From Bacteroidales bacterium (GTDB lineage Bacteria; Bacteroidota; Bacteroidia; Bacteroidales; Tenuifilaceae): 64,000 nt of DNA. Where the stretch lies: the NCBI GenBank assembly GCA_028680705.1, contig JAQUJY010000005.1:58-64057 (forward strand). The letters run 5' to 3'. This document shows positions 9,668 through 19,099 of this stretch, in pieces; position 1 is the stretch's first letter, and each line of letters opens with the position of its first letter. The notes beneath the pieces are model-generated. The model made no database searches. It saw nothing but the letters and a program-made list of their open reading frames with translations, and had not been told where the DNA came from. The translations under genes and the position numbers were made by a program.

Positions 9668-10258
9668 CTAGTTTCCGTTATTTATAATTCCCGAGTATAG
9701 AATCTCAACCACTGCCCGAAGTCGTTCCTCGGGTGATAACGGAAAATCGGCAACCACTTCGTTTGGCAGAGTGTCGCTGTATGTTTCTGTTAGAAGCTTT
9801 TCGGCGGTGGCAATAAATATATAAAGCGCCATGTTAACATGCCATCCAGCCTTTATCTTTCCCATTTCCACTCCTTTATTAAGGATTAGCATGCCGTGTG
9901 AGACAAAAATTTCTTTCTTTATCTTCACAATGGCATCATATGCCTGTGGGAGGCTCCACTTCAGGTCTTTAAGCACAGGTCTAATTTTAGAAACCCACAT
10001 TCCTAACAGCGAGAGGATAGACTTGATTTCCTCTTCATAGCTCAAGTCCATTTTCGTTTCAACGCGAAGGATATCGTTTTCGAATTCAATTTGTGTTTGC
10101 TCTATTGCCGCAAACAGTAACTGCTCCTTGCTGCCAAAGTGGTTATATATTGTTTTTTTGCTGATTTTAAGTTCAGCTGCAATTTCGTCAATGCGAACTT
10201 TACTGTAGCCATGGCGGAGAAACATCTCCCTTGATTGTTGAATTATTCTATTTTGCAT
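9668..10258 (-). CDS. TetR/AcrR-family transcriptional regulator
   Basis: N-terminal HTH GYSKVRIDEIAAELKISKKTIYNHFGSKEQL. First gene of the efflux operon. Confidence 0.85.
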   Translation of the reverse strand: MQNRIIQQSREMFLRHGYSKVRIDEIAAELKISKKTIYNHFGSKEQLLFAAIEQTQIEFENDILRVETKMDLSYEEEIKSILSLLGMWVSKIRPVLKDLKWSLPQAYDAIVKIKKEIFVSHGMLILNKGVEMGKIKAGWHVNMALYIFIATAEKLLTETYSDTLPNEVVADFPLSPEERLRAVVEILYSGIINNGN

Positions 10259-10300
10259 ATCAGAAACTGTATTACACTAAATAAGTATTATGAGTTTCCG

Positions 10301-10308
10301 CAAATATA
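10301..10308 (-). promoter_or_regulatory. Candidate Bacteroidota -7 promoter box (TATATTTG) for the TetR-efflux operon
   Basis: The minus strand reads TATATTTG 43 nt upstream of the tetR ATG. This matches the TAnnTTTG consensus described for Bacteroides/Flavobacterium sigma-A promoters. Confidence 0.3.
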
Positions 10309-10462
10309 ATATTTTTATTAAGCACCTTGTACTCTGTTCACACTTTTTAGCTTTAAAAAAACGGGAGAGCCAAGCAAGTTGTCGGTTTATAAAACAATAA
10401 ACCATTAGGATAGGAGAGTAATATCCTTTAAAAAATAAGTTTTGGGGTAATGAAAACCTTAT

Positions 10463-12160
10463 CTAAACCAATTTATAAACCACCACATCATTTGCCTTTA
10501 AATGGATTGGGATACCATTTCCAAGCGCATCTTGAGGGTAAAGGGTTGTTTTTTTGTAATCGAAAATTAATTCTGTTGCTTGCCAAGGGTTGATGTTGGA
10601 AAGGCCAGCAATGGTTATGGCATCGGCTGGAATTTTTAGCATTAGGTTGTACTCGGTGTGCAAATCGAAATTTATGACAATCAGAAGCACCTCGTTGTGG
10701 TGATAACGGAGGTAGGCGTATATCTTATGGGTGTTCAGGTGGTTGTTGCCCCACATCAAATCGTAAAAGCCACCGTAAGATATTGCCTTTGAATTTAGGC
10801 GGAGACTGTTTAGTTTTTGATAAAAGTTACGTAGTTCTATTTGGTTCTTGTTTAGCTGTTGGGTATTAAACTTTCCGTTATTTACCCATTTCTGGTACTC
10901 CGTTATATGCCAGTAATCGAATATGGTGGTTCTACCATCATTACCACTAAAGCCTTCGCTATTGGTAGCATTTTCGCCAATCTCCTGACCAAAGTAGAGC
11001 ATTAGAGGGCCAGTGTTTAATGTGGCAGCAAGCACCATAGCAGGAACTGCCCGGCATGGGTCGTCTGCAAAATGCTGCGAGGCAATTCGTTGCTCATCAT
11101 GATTCTCTAAAAACCGAAGCATCCGATGCGAGAAGCCCTCATACTGTTGCCAAAGGTTGGTTATCTCTTTTGCCGAGCCGTGCCCTTCAGTTAGCGAGCG
11201 AGAGATATCGTATAATCCCACCTTATCGTACAGGTAATCGAATCCGGCATCAAGAAACTTTTTGTACTTGGTGGGTTTGTAAACCTCGGCAATTACAATA
11301 ATCTCATGGTTAATTTCCTTAAGCTGTGGGATAGCCCATTGCCAAAACTCCACGGGCACCATTTCGGCCATATCGCAACGCAGTCCATCTACCCCTTTAT
11401 GAATCCAAAATCTCATTATATGGAGCATCTTATGCCAGGTATCGGGTATGGGATTAAAGTGTTTTTGCCCACCATTTAGGTAATCGATTCCATAGTTTAG
11501 CTTCACGGTTTCGTACCAATCGTTTATGCTTGGTTGTGCAGTAAAAGCATCATTGCCCGTTGCTTTGGCTGGGAACTCAGTGTACTGCTTTGCCCTATGG
11601 GTGTAGGGGAAGTTTATACCTTCTGGAATCTGAAAACCCTTATTGGGTAGGTAATAAAAGTTGTTTGAGGGCAAAAAAGCATGGTTTGGGTTATCGCCAG
11701 CTCCAAGTTTGGGAATATCATCGGGTTGGTTGATGCTACTGTATTCCCGGGCAACATGGTTTGGCACAAAGTCGATAATTACCTTAAACTTTTCCTTGTG
11801 GCATCTTTTTAACAATGCTTCAAACTCGACCATTCGGTTTTGCGGGTTGATGGCCAAATCGGGAGCAACATCGTAGTAATCGGTTATGGCATAGGGTGAG
11901 CCTGCCCGCCCTTTTACAACCTGAGGATTATTAGGAGTGATACCATACTTCTGATAATTGGTGCACGTTGCATGCCTTATTATTCCGGTAAGCCATATAT
12001 GGGTTATGCCAAACTCTTTTATTGTTTGCAGGGCATGGGGGGTAAAATGCTCAAACTTTGAGCAGCCATTCTCTTCAATTGTTCCGTATGGTTTGTTGTT
12101 TTTTATATCATTCCGAAACAAACGGGTGAAGACTTGATATATGTTAATGGCTGATGGCAT
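10463..12160 (-). CDS. Alpha-amylase family (GH13) glycoside hydrolase
   Basis: GH13 conserved regions DFVPNHVA, GLRCDMAEMV, IAEVY and FLENHDEQR. 565 aa with no signal peptide. Confidence 0.85.
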   Translation of the reverse strand: MPSAINIYQVFTRLFRNDIKNNKPYGTIEENGCSKFEHFTPHALQTIKEFGITHIWLTGIIRHATCTNYQKYGITPNNPQVVKGRAGSPYAITDYYDVAPDLAINPQNRMVEFEALLKRCHKEKFKVIIDFVPNHVAREYSSINQPDDIPKLGAGDNPNHAFLPSNNFYYLPNKGFQIPEGINFPYTHRAKQYTEFPAKATGNDAFTAQPSINDWYETVKLNYGIDYLNGGQKHFNPIPDTWHKMLHIMRFWIHKGVDGLRCDMAEMVPVEFWQWAIPQLKEINHEIIVIAEVYKPTKYKKFLDAGFDYLYDKVGLYDISRSLTEGHGSAKEITNLWQQYEGFSHRMLRFLENHDEQRIASQHFADDPCRAVPAMVLAATLNTGPLMLYFGQEIGENATNSEGFSGNDGRTTIFDYWHITEYQKWVNNGKFNTQQLNKNQIELRNFYQKLNSLRLNSKAISYGGFYDLMWGNNHLNTHKIYAYLRYHHNEVLLIVINFDLHTEYNLMLKIPADAITIAGLSNINPWQATELIFDYKKTTLYPQDALGNGIPIHLKANDVVVYKLV

Positions 12161-12376
12161 ATACTTTTCTTTAAATATACAACAGATTTTTTTATGCTGA
12201 TTTAAACTCTATTGATAAATTTCCTGTAATGCACGTTTTGACTATTTATAATGGCATGGTTTTAAGACTATGTTCGCTAAAACAATGATATAAAGCAATA
12301 TGAATAAGTTGCTAAAAATCTGCAATTCTCAGAAAGTATTCGTTTTTTTGTACTACCAAACACTTTATTAATACCT

Positions 12377-14587
12377 ATGCGATTAATCACATCCATTTCA
12401 TTCTTAATCATAGGGCTAGCTTGTCATTATACTGCTTTTGGTCAATCCGATAACGGAGATGGAGCTGCAGTAACAGATACAGCCAAAGTAGATACCATTA
12501 GCGTTCAGGTTATAGCCGTTGAAGGGCAAACCACCGATACCATTCCATTAAAATCTACCATTGATAAAGTTGAAGAAGAGGCCGTAAATTCTGAGATGGA
12601 TTCGGTAGGGGCAGAGCTTCCCATAGTTCAACCCAAAGATAGTGTTACTAAATCGAGCCCCGATACGATTCCCTCACAGGATTTCAGAGAGCAGGTAGAT
12701 GTTGACATAATTAAAAGTGAAATCGATACGGTTTCAACAGCCACTGAATTTGCCGCCGAGGTTGTTGCTGTCGTGCCCGATAGTATTCCCACCGAACCCA
12801 TAATCCTTACACCGTTAAAGGCCTCGGAATATTTAAACGGTCTAATTAGTTCAAGGGAGCTCTGGCATCCTGAGGGTGATAGCCTAAAAAAATCGTTATT
12901 GAGGCTTGTAAATCACTATAATGAACCCTATGATAGCATCAGAAATAGGCTACTAAATTTTAAATGGGATTCGGTAAAGCTAATGCATGCCGATGTGGTT
13001 GAGAGAGATACGTTACCGCTCCGATGGTTTGATAAATCGTTGTTTATTGTTGATACCATTCCACTCCAGAAAAACCCTTTGATTACGAAAAGTACAGTAG
13101 TGATGAGAGTTATCGACCCATTATCGTTCTCAATGTTAGAGCTGAAACAGGATTTAAAGGAACGAATTGAGTCGTTGCTTGAGGCAAAGGATACAATTTC
13201 CGAAAATATAATCGACAGAAATTACCTTGAATCCAAAAACATTCAGCTGTACGAAATCACCGAAAGGGGTATTACCCCTTCAATTAGATATAGAGAAGGA
13301 TTTAGACCCTATCGGTTTAATAATGACTCTACTGAACTTGTTATGGTGCGAACCCGAAAGGCAATTGTAGGTACCGATGGGTCGCCCTTCCGTATTGTTC
13401 CCAACGGCAGGATAACGGATTCGTTGAAAATAGCAATTGAAACGCTTACCGCATATACCTATAACCGTGACTCTATCCTGATTAATATCAAAAGTAAACA
13501 AGGGACGAAAACGCCTATGTGGCTAACCACAGGCAATGAGGATTTATACAGGTATTGGATTAAGAATTCGAAAAACGATTCCATAACCATATGGATTGGA
13601 AACCCATCGAAGCGTGATATTATGCTTACGCTTGAGGAGGATGTTTCCGTTGAGCGTTTTGAGAGAAGGATGGTGGATGATACACCATTTACTACCACCA
13701 GACCCGATAGAAAACTTTTAAAACTAAAGCCATTGAGAGAGATTCCTGTTCGCTGGAGCTATGGAATTATTGGCGCATACTCTTTAAACGAGAGTTTCTT
13801 TTCCAACTATTGGGCACAGGGTGGCGAGAGCTCTTTAACCAGCGTGCTCGACATTAACGCTCAAATGGAATACAACAATAAAGAGTCGAAGTTGAATTGG
13901 GCAACCATAGGTCGACTTAGATATGGGACTACTTGGACCGACGATAAAGGATTTAGAACAACCACCGATATTGTTGAGGTTAACTCACAGTATAATAGGG
14001 TACTCAGGGATAAAGTAGACCTTAGTTCAATTTTTTATATGAAGTCGCAAGTTGCCAAAGGATATAATTATCCCAACGATTCTGTAGCTGTTTCAAAGTT
14101 TCTAAATCCTGGTGCTATTACCATTGGTTTGGGTATGGAGTTTAAGCCATACAAGAAGACTAGCATAAACTTTTCACCCTTATCGTACAGAAATACGTTT
14201 GTACTTGACACAACCATTATCGATCAAACTGCGCATGGTATAGCTAAGGACAAGCACGCAAAGCAAGAGCTAGGAGGACAGTTGTTGGTAAAAAACACCC
14301 TTGTTTTTTTTAAGGATATGGAGATAAAAAATACCGTAAGGCTTTTCTCCAGCTATCTAGATAAACCACAAAATATTGATGTTGATTGGGAAATGAGCAT
14401 AGAGAAACAGATAAGCATATATTTTAAGATAAAGCTTAACCTGAATCTAATTTACAACGATAATATCCTTTTCCCAATTGTTGATGGTATGGGCGAACCC
14501 GTTTTGTTTCCTGATGGTTCTCAGAAAAAAGGACCGCGTACTCAGTTCAATCAAATGCTTGGGCTAACACTTCAATTAAAAATTTAA
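12377..14587 (+). CDS. DUF3078-type outer-membrane protein with a long N-terminal extension
   Basis: Signal peptide. The C-terminal ~290 aa carries the DUF3078-like signature WSYGIIGAYSLNESFFSNYWAQGGESSLTS. The N-terminal ~440 aa is acidic and Ser/Thr-rich with recurring D-[ST]-I-P motifs. Confidence 0.6.
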   Translation: MRLITSISFLIIGLACHYTAFGQSDNGDGAAVTDTAKVDTISVQVIAVEGQTTDTIPLKSTIDKVEEEAVNSEMDSVGAELPIVQPKDSVTKSSPDTIPSQDFREQVDVDIIKSEIDTVSTATEFAAEVVAVVPDSIPTEPIILTPLKASEYLNGLISSRELWHPEGDSLKKSLLRLVNHYNEPYDSIRNRLLNFKWDSVKLMHADVVERDTLPLRWFDKSLFIVDTIPLQKNPLITKSTVVMRVIDPLSFSMLELKQDLKERIESLLEAKDTISENIIDRNYLESKNIQLYEITERGITPSIRYREGFRPYRFNNDSTELVMVRTRKAIVGTDGSPFRIVPNGRITDSLKIAIETLTAYTYNRDSILINIKSKQGTKTPMWLTTGNEDLYRYWIKNSKNDSITIWIGNPSKRDIMLTLEEDVSVERFERRMVDDTPFTTTRPDRKLLKLKPLREIPVRWSYGIIGAYSLNESFFSNYWAQGGESSLTSVLDINAQMEYNNKESKLNWATIGRLRYGTTWTDDKGFRTTTDIVEVNSQYNRVLRDKVDLSSIFYMKSQVAKGYNYPNDSVAVSKFLNPGAITIGLGMEFKPYKKTSINFSPLSYRNTFVLDTTIIDQTAHGIAKDKHAKQELGGQLLVKNTLVFFKDMEIKNTVRLFSSYLDKPQNIDVDWEMSIEKQISIYFKIKLNLNLIYNDNILFPIVDGMGEPVLFPDGSQKKGPRTQFNQMLGLTLQLKI

Positions 14588-14591
14588 CGGG

Positions 14592-15731
14592 TTAATTCCC
14601 GTTTCCAATCCTATCGGTTGCGCCAAGCATTCTGTAAAGCTCGTTAATTAGTGAGAGTGTGCTTTGATCCACACTCTTTTGACTCATGGCCATATCGAGC
14701 CAATGAGTTGCTTGGCTGAATGCTTTGGCCGATTTGGCTTTTTGCTCCTCAACTGCCCTAATGCTTGTGAGTTGCATCACAATTTCTTCAATTTCTACTC
14801 CTATGTTAAAATAGCAAGTTGCAATATTCACGTATACCATTAGTTCGTCGGGAGCCAGTCTGTTTGCTTCAGTATAACTATCAATGGCCTTTTGGTACTG
14901 ATTAGTTTTTTGGTAGAGCAGCCCTTTGGTAAAGTGCAGGGTATGGCTCATAGGCTTCTCGGCAATTGCCTCGTTTAATCTTTTTAGCCCAATATCACTA
15001 TTGTTGGTTTTATATAAAAGTTCGGTTAACAACAGCATTAACCTATCGTTGTATTCAAATTGTTTTGCCCCTTGGTAAAGGGTGTTCTCGGCCAAAGTGG
15101 TATCGCCCTTTTGTAGGTAAACATCTGAAAGTAGATGTGTAACATTAACCGAATGTTTCTGATTATGGAGTTTCCCTAGGTAGTCAATTGCAGTATCCAA
15201 TTCTTTGGCCTCGTAGGCAGCCAATGCCGTATTGTATATCAGACTGGTGTCAGTTTCGAGAGAAAGTGCTGAGATTCGGGTTATTTTTAGTGCGCCTTCA
15301 AACGCTTTTAAAGCTTCTTCATACTCTTTATCCTTAAAGTTTTTTTCTCCAGCTTTTTGTAGTTCATTGGCCAAAAGTATAAGTTTTGGTGCTATCTGTT
15401 TTTCATTCCGTCCACCCCTGTCAAGCATTAATGCTCTGTTGTAGGCACCATAGGCCGCAATTAGCTGATTTGGGTAAAGTTCAATAAGCGACTTATCGTT
15501 TTTCTTGATTCCTTCCATGTAGGCCTCTTGGCACAAAAGACCTTTGTAATACCAAGTTTTTGGCCACTTTCTGGAGTCTCTATCATTGGTCATTCCATCC
15601 ACAACATCTTTAGCTTCGGTGTACTTACCCGCATCTATAAGGTTTGATACAGTTAGGTACTTGCTTTTTTGCAATGGTGATATAACAGAGCAGCTTGAAA
15701 ATAGAATTAGGATGGCAAACAGTTTTTTCAT
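14592..15731 (-). CDS. TPR-repeat lipoprotein
   Basis: Lipoprotein signal MKKLFAILILFSSCS. Multiple 34-aa TPR-like repeats (A/Y/L pattern) occur throughout. Confidence 0.6.
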   Translation of the reverse strand: MKKLFAILILFSSCSVISPLQKSKYLTVSNLIDAGKYTEAKDVVDGMTNDRDSRKWPKTWYYKGLLCQEAYMEGIKKNDKSLIELYPNQLIAAYGAYNRALMLDRGGRNEKQIAPKLILLANELQKAGEKNFKDKEYEEALKAFEGALKITRISALSLETDTSLIYNTALAAYEAKELDTAIDYLGKLHNQKHSVNVTHLLSDVYLQKGDTTLAENTLYQGAKQFEYNDRLMLLLTELLYKTNNSDIGLKRLNEAIAEKPMSHTLHFTKGLLYQKTNQYQKAIDSYTEANRLAPDELMVYVNIATCYFNIGVEIEEIVMQLTSIRAVEEQKAKSAKAFSQATHWLDMAMSQKSVDQSTLSLINELYRMLGATDRIGNGN

Positions 15732-16166
15732 CAGTTTTTATTTTTGTTCCTCTAGTAAAAAATAGAGACAGCGTTAGCTGGTTGTTTAAAAGTTAGGAGG
15801 ACTTTAGCCCTAACACTTTTAGTACTAATATAAAATAAAAAAGTTACATAAATATTTAGGCTACCTCTACCCGAAATCTATAAGTAATGCTTTATACCTG
15901 CTGTAAATTGGTCGGAATTAAAATAAAAGACTCTTCTTATAAGACATAAGTCTGGCCAGGCTGAAGTTTGAACTATATTATGTTTTTTGCTATAAGGCAT
16001 AAAGATAGTTTTTAAAGTATGCATTTATTTGTTTTCATGCATTCTAAAAGGTGGTTTCCAGATTAGTCATTCTTTTTATGGTGGAGTAAAAGTTAGTCTT
16101 TAGCTAAAATAGGGACTCTAAGCGCAAAATATTTCTTACATTTATCCCCTATTAATCATCAAACAA

Positions 16167-16174
16167 TATATTTG
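16167..16174 (+). promoter_or_regulatory. Candidate -7 promoter box (TATATTTG) abutting the lgt start codon
   Basis: TATATTTG ends 2 nt before the ATG at 16177. Confidence 0.25.
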
Positions 16175-16176
16175 CC

Positions 16177-16974
16177 ATGCTTATAAACCATATAGTTTGG
16201 AACATCAACCCAGAAATATTTTCGTTAGGCCCTTTGTCCATTCGTTACTACGGTTTGCTGTGGGCTTTATCATTTCTTTTTGGGTATATGATTTTTGAGC
16301 GGATTGTGAAGAAGGAATTATTACCCAGCAACTATCTCGATTCCCTAACCATATACATGGCCATTGGGACGATAGTAGGTGCTCGATTGGGACATTGCCT
16401 CTTTTATGAACCTAGCTATTATTTGGCAAATCCTCTTGAGATACTTAAAATTTGGCAGGGAGGACTGGCAAGCCACGGAGCGGCTGTTGGAATAATTCTA
16501 TCTCTATATCTGTTTAGCAGAAAAACTAAGCGCCCGCTCATTTACATTCTCGACAGGATTGTGATTACCGTTGCCCTTGCTGCGGTGCTTATTAGGCTTG
16601 GAAACCTTATGAACTCAGAGATTTATGGTATTGAGACTAATTTACCCTGGGGTTTTATTTTTGAGCGTAACGGAGAGATAGCGCCCAAACATCCCACCCA
16701 AATTTATGAGGCATTATCGTATTTAGTAGGTTTTGTTGTACTGCTATGGGTATACATAAAATCCGATGCAAAGCCCAGGCCTGGTTTGCTTTTTGGGCTT
16801 TTCCTTATCTTCATTTTTGCCACTCGCTTCTTTATTGAGTTTATTAAGGAACCCCAGGTTGGCTTCGAAATTGGTATGACGCTGAATATGGGTCAATGGT
16901 TGAGCATCCCATTTGTAATTGCTGGGATATACTTCATTTACAGAGCATTGGTTGTTAAACCTCAAAAAGGATAA
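16177..16974 (+). CDS. lgt: Prolipoprotein diacylglyceryl transferase
   Basis: Lgt signatures IRYYGLLWALSF, GARLGHCLFYEP and IWQGGLASHGAAVG. Confidence 0.9.
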   Translation: MLINHIVWNINPEIFSLGPLSIRYYGLLWALSFLFGYMIFERIVKKELLPSNYLDSLTIYMAIGTIVGARLGHCLFYEPSYYLANPLEILKIWQGGLASHGAAVGIILSLYLFSRKTKRPLIYILDRIVITVALAAVLIRLGNLMNSEIYGIETNLPWGFIFERNGEIAPKHPTQIYEALSYLVGFVVLLWVYIKSDAKPRPGLLFGLFLIFIFATRFFIEFIKEPQVGFEIGMTLNMGQWLSIPFVIAGIYFIYRALVVKPQKG

Positions 16975-16989
16975 CTAATTAACAATTGG

Positions 16990-17991
16990 TTAAAGTTTTC
17001 CAACTTTTATGGTATTAGCTATTGCTTCGGCAATGGGCGTAAACATGACATCCAACTCCTTTTCTGCAAGTTGTGATGAGTAGTGTGTAATTGCCTGGCC
17101 ACTTCGTGCAGTATCACGACTAAGGGCAGATGGTTTTCCAGTTATTTTACTGCCTAACCATGCAAACCGCCATGCTATAGCGCTCATCCAAGGTTTTGCA
17201 TTTATTGTAGGTGGCTTTTTGCCCAATCTCCTAGCTATGGTTTCAAAAACAACCTTATGTGATAGGTTTTCGCCGTTTAGGATGTATTTTTTATTCCACA
17301 GCCCTTTTTGCATGGCTAAAACCATGGCCTTAGCCACATCTCTAACATCAACATAACCTGTTATGCCGGTTGTATAAAAGGGAAAACCCTTGGCTATGGT
17401 TCCAAATATTTGCCCACTGCCGCTATCCCATTTACCGGGTCCAATTACAACAGTAGGATTAACCACAACAGCATCTAAGCCCAAATCAGCACCTCTCCAA
17501 ACTTCCATTTCTGACCGGAACTTACTAATTGCATACCCCGATTTCCCTTTAGATTTTCCCCAAGGGATGCTCTCGTCAACTTCATCTCCGGGCATTGGCG
17601 AGCCAATTGCTGCAACGGAGCTAACGTGGCACAAGCGCTTAATGCCCAATTCCAAGCAAGCATCAACAACGTTGGCCGTTCCCTGAACGTTAACGGCCAG
17701 CATTTGGTTAGCATCTTTGCTAAGGAACGATACTATTGCTGCGCAATGGTATACCTCGTGAGCATTGCCCATGGCATTTAGTAAACTCTGGTAATCTTCT
17801 ACCTCACCATCAATCCATGTAATTTTATCAAAAAGCGTTTTATCCTCTGGGCAGTAGGCCTCAAATAGTTTCTTAACCAGGTCGATATTACTGGTTGGGC
17901 GCTTAAGCGCCAATAGATTATGGTTCTCTTTAGCCAGTTGGTAAAGTAGGTGAGACCCGATAAGGCCTGTTCCGCCGGTTACAAATATCAT
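16990..17991 (-). CDS. NAD-dependent epimerase/dehydratase family (extended SDR) protein
   Basis: N-terminal VTGGTGLIGSHL Rossmann motif and YAISK catalytic Y-x3-K. Its start overlaps the upstream gene's stop (ATGA). Confidence 0.8.
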   Translation of the reverse strand: MIFVTGGTGLIGSHLLYQLAKENHNLLALKRPTSNIDLVKKLFEAYCPEDKTLFDKITWIDGEVEDYQSLLNAMGNAHEVYHCAAIVSFLSKDANQMLAVNVQGTANVVDACLELGIKRLCHVSSVAAIGSPMPGDEVDESIPWGKSKGKSGYAISKFRSEMEVWRGADLGLDAVVVNPTVVIGPGKWDSGSGQIFGTIAKGFPFYTTGITGYVDVRDVAKAMVLAMQKGLWNKKYILNGENLSHKVVFETIARRLGKKPPTINAKPWMSAIAWRFAWLGSKITGKPSALSRDTARSGQAITHYSSQLAEKELDVMFTPIAEAIANTIKVGKL

Positions 17992-18455
17992 TCAGAGAGA
18001 TTTCTTGAAAGGAAAGGGTCTACAATAAGCGCCTTTTCCCATATTAATTTTTTACCAAAGCCTAGCCTATTATCAGTAAATTTTAGAAATGTTAAATCGA
18101 CAACCCAAAGGGTTGTTTTCATAAGCATGGCAATGGGGAATCGTTTTAGGAAGGCTTTTCGCGCTTCTACAAGAAGGCCATCTCTGGCTTCACTTATTAT
18201 TCCTTGTAGCTGAATGCCCTGTATCTTCCCAATAATACTTGTTTCTAGCACTATGCTCCCAGCTACATAGATATTGTGGCTTGCCTGCCTTATGTGTTTT
18301 GTGTCGTAATCTGATGTAAACACAAGGCTGTTCTCTTCTTCCATGTAAACATAGAAACAGTTTGCGCAGTATGGCTCCTCATCAAAGCTAGTGGCCAGGG
18401 TAAGCACATGGTGCTCATTAATAAAATCAACTATTCGTTTATCTGGGAAACTCAT
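17988..18455 (-). CDS. Pyridoxamine 5'-phosphate oxidase-like (YhbP/UPF0306-like) protein
   Basis: 155 aa. HVLTLATSFDEEPYCANCFYVY resembles the split-barrel FMN-binding family. Assignment from memory only. Confidence 0.5.
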   Translation of the reverse strand: MSFPDKRIVDFINEHHVLTLATSFDEEPYCANCFYVYMEEENSLVFTSDYDTKHIRQASHNIYVAGSIVLETSIIGKIQGIQLQGIISEARDGLLVEARKAFLKRFPIAMLMKTTLWVVDLTFLKFTDNRLGFGKKLIWEKALIVDPFLSRNLSE

Positions 18456-18550
18456 TATTCTCTATTATCATAAAAGTAGCCACAAAATTAGTAAATTCGT
18501 CTAAATTGTTAAACCCATTGCTAAGGTAATGCCATTTTATTAAAACAAAC

Positions 18551-18558
18551 TATATTTG
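18551..18558 (+). promoter_or_regulatory. Candidate -7 promoter box (TATATTTG) 4 nt upstream of the vanZ-like ATG
   Basis: TATATTTG at 18551-18558, ATG at 18563. Confidence 0.3.
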
Positions 18559-18562
18559 CGGT

Positions 18563-18931
18563 ATGAAGCTATTTTATCGGATTGGATTCTTATTTTATGT
18601 TTTATTGCTGGTTTGGGTTTATTTAAACCCATCAATGGGAATTACCTCTGTTGAGGTTAGTACCAAATCCTACAGGGTTGATTATGTTTTACATGGTCTT
18701 GCTTTTTTTATCCTGCCAATAATTGCCTATTTGGCAAATGGAGAAATGGAAAGACCGTATCTATGGTATGCTTTTATTGTTTTTTCAATAATACTTGCCC
18801 TTAGCATTGAGTTTATTCAGCAGTTAGTGCCTGGGAGAGTATTTAATCCGCTCGATATTCTTGCAAATTTTATAGGGTTAGCTTTTGGCTTTTCCCTGGT
18901 TTTGGTTTACCGTAAAATACGGAAGAAATAA
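18563..18931 (+). CDS. VanZ-like family membrane protein
   Basis: 122 aa with 4 TM segments. HGLAFFIL and DILANFIGLAFG motifs are typical of VanZ-like proteins. Confidence 0.6.
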   Translation: MKLFYRIGFLFYVLLLVWVYLNPSMGITSVEVSTKSYRVDYVLHGLAFFILPIIAYLANGEMERPYLWYAFIVFSIILALSIEFIQQLVPGRVFNPLDILANFIGLAFGFSLVLVYRKIRKK

Positions 18932-19049
18932 AAGGGGAACGATTACTTTCAGCAATTTTATCTACTTCCCTAAGCTGCATTTATACCTGCCAATTAGTGA
19001 TTATAGCCTTTAATAACCCCTGTTTCAGGGTAATCTGGTTTATATTTTG

Positions 19050-19057
19050 TATTTTTG
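19050..19057 (+). promoter_or_regulatory. Candidate -7 promoter box (TATTTTTG)
   Basis: Matches TAnnTTTG. Lies 43 nt upstream of the ATG at 19100. Confidence 0.25.
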
Positions 19058-19099
19058 TTTTCTTCTAAATTGAGTATAATTCTTCCTTAGTTTTTTCTT

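Noticed and set aside
15928-15953. 10-bp palindrome TCTTATAAGA nested in an AGACT...AGTCT inverted repeat, in the 445-bp TPR/lgt spacer
   Set aside because: Short AT-rich palindromes are expected by chance in AT-rich intergenic DNA. There is no second copy and no adjacent regulator to give it meaning.
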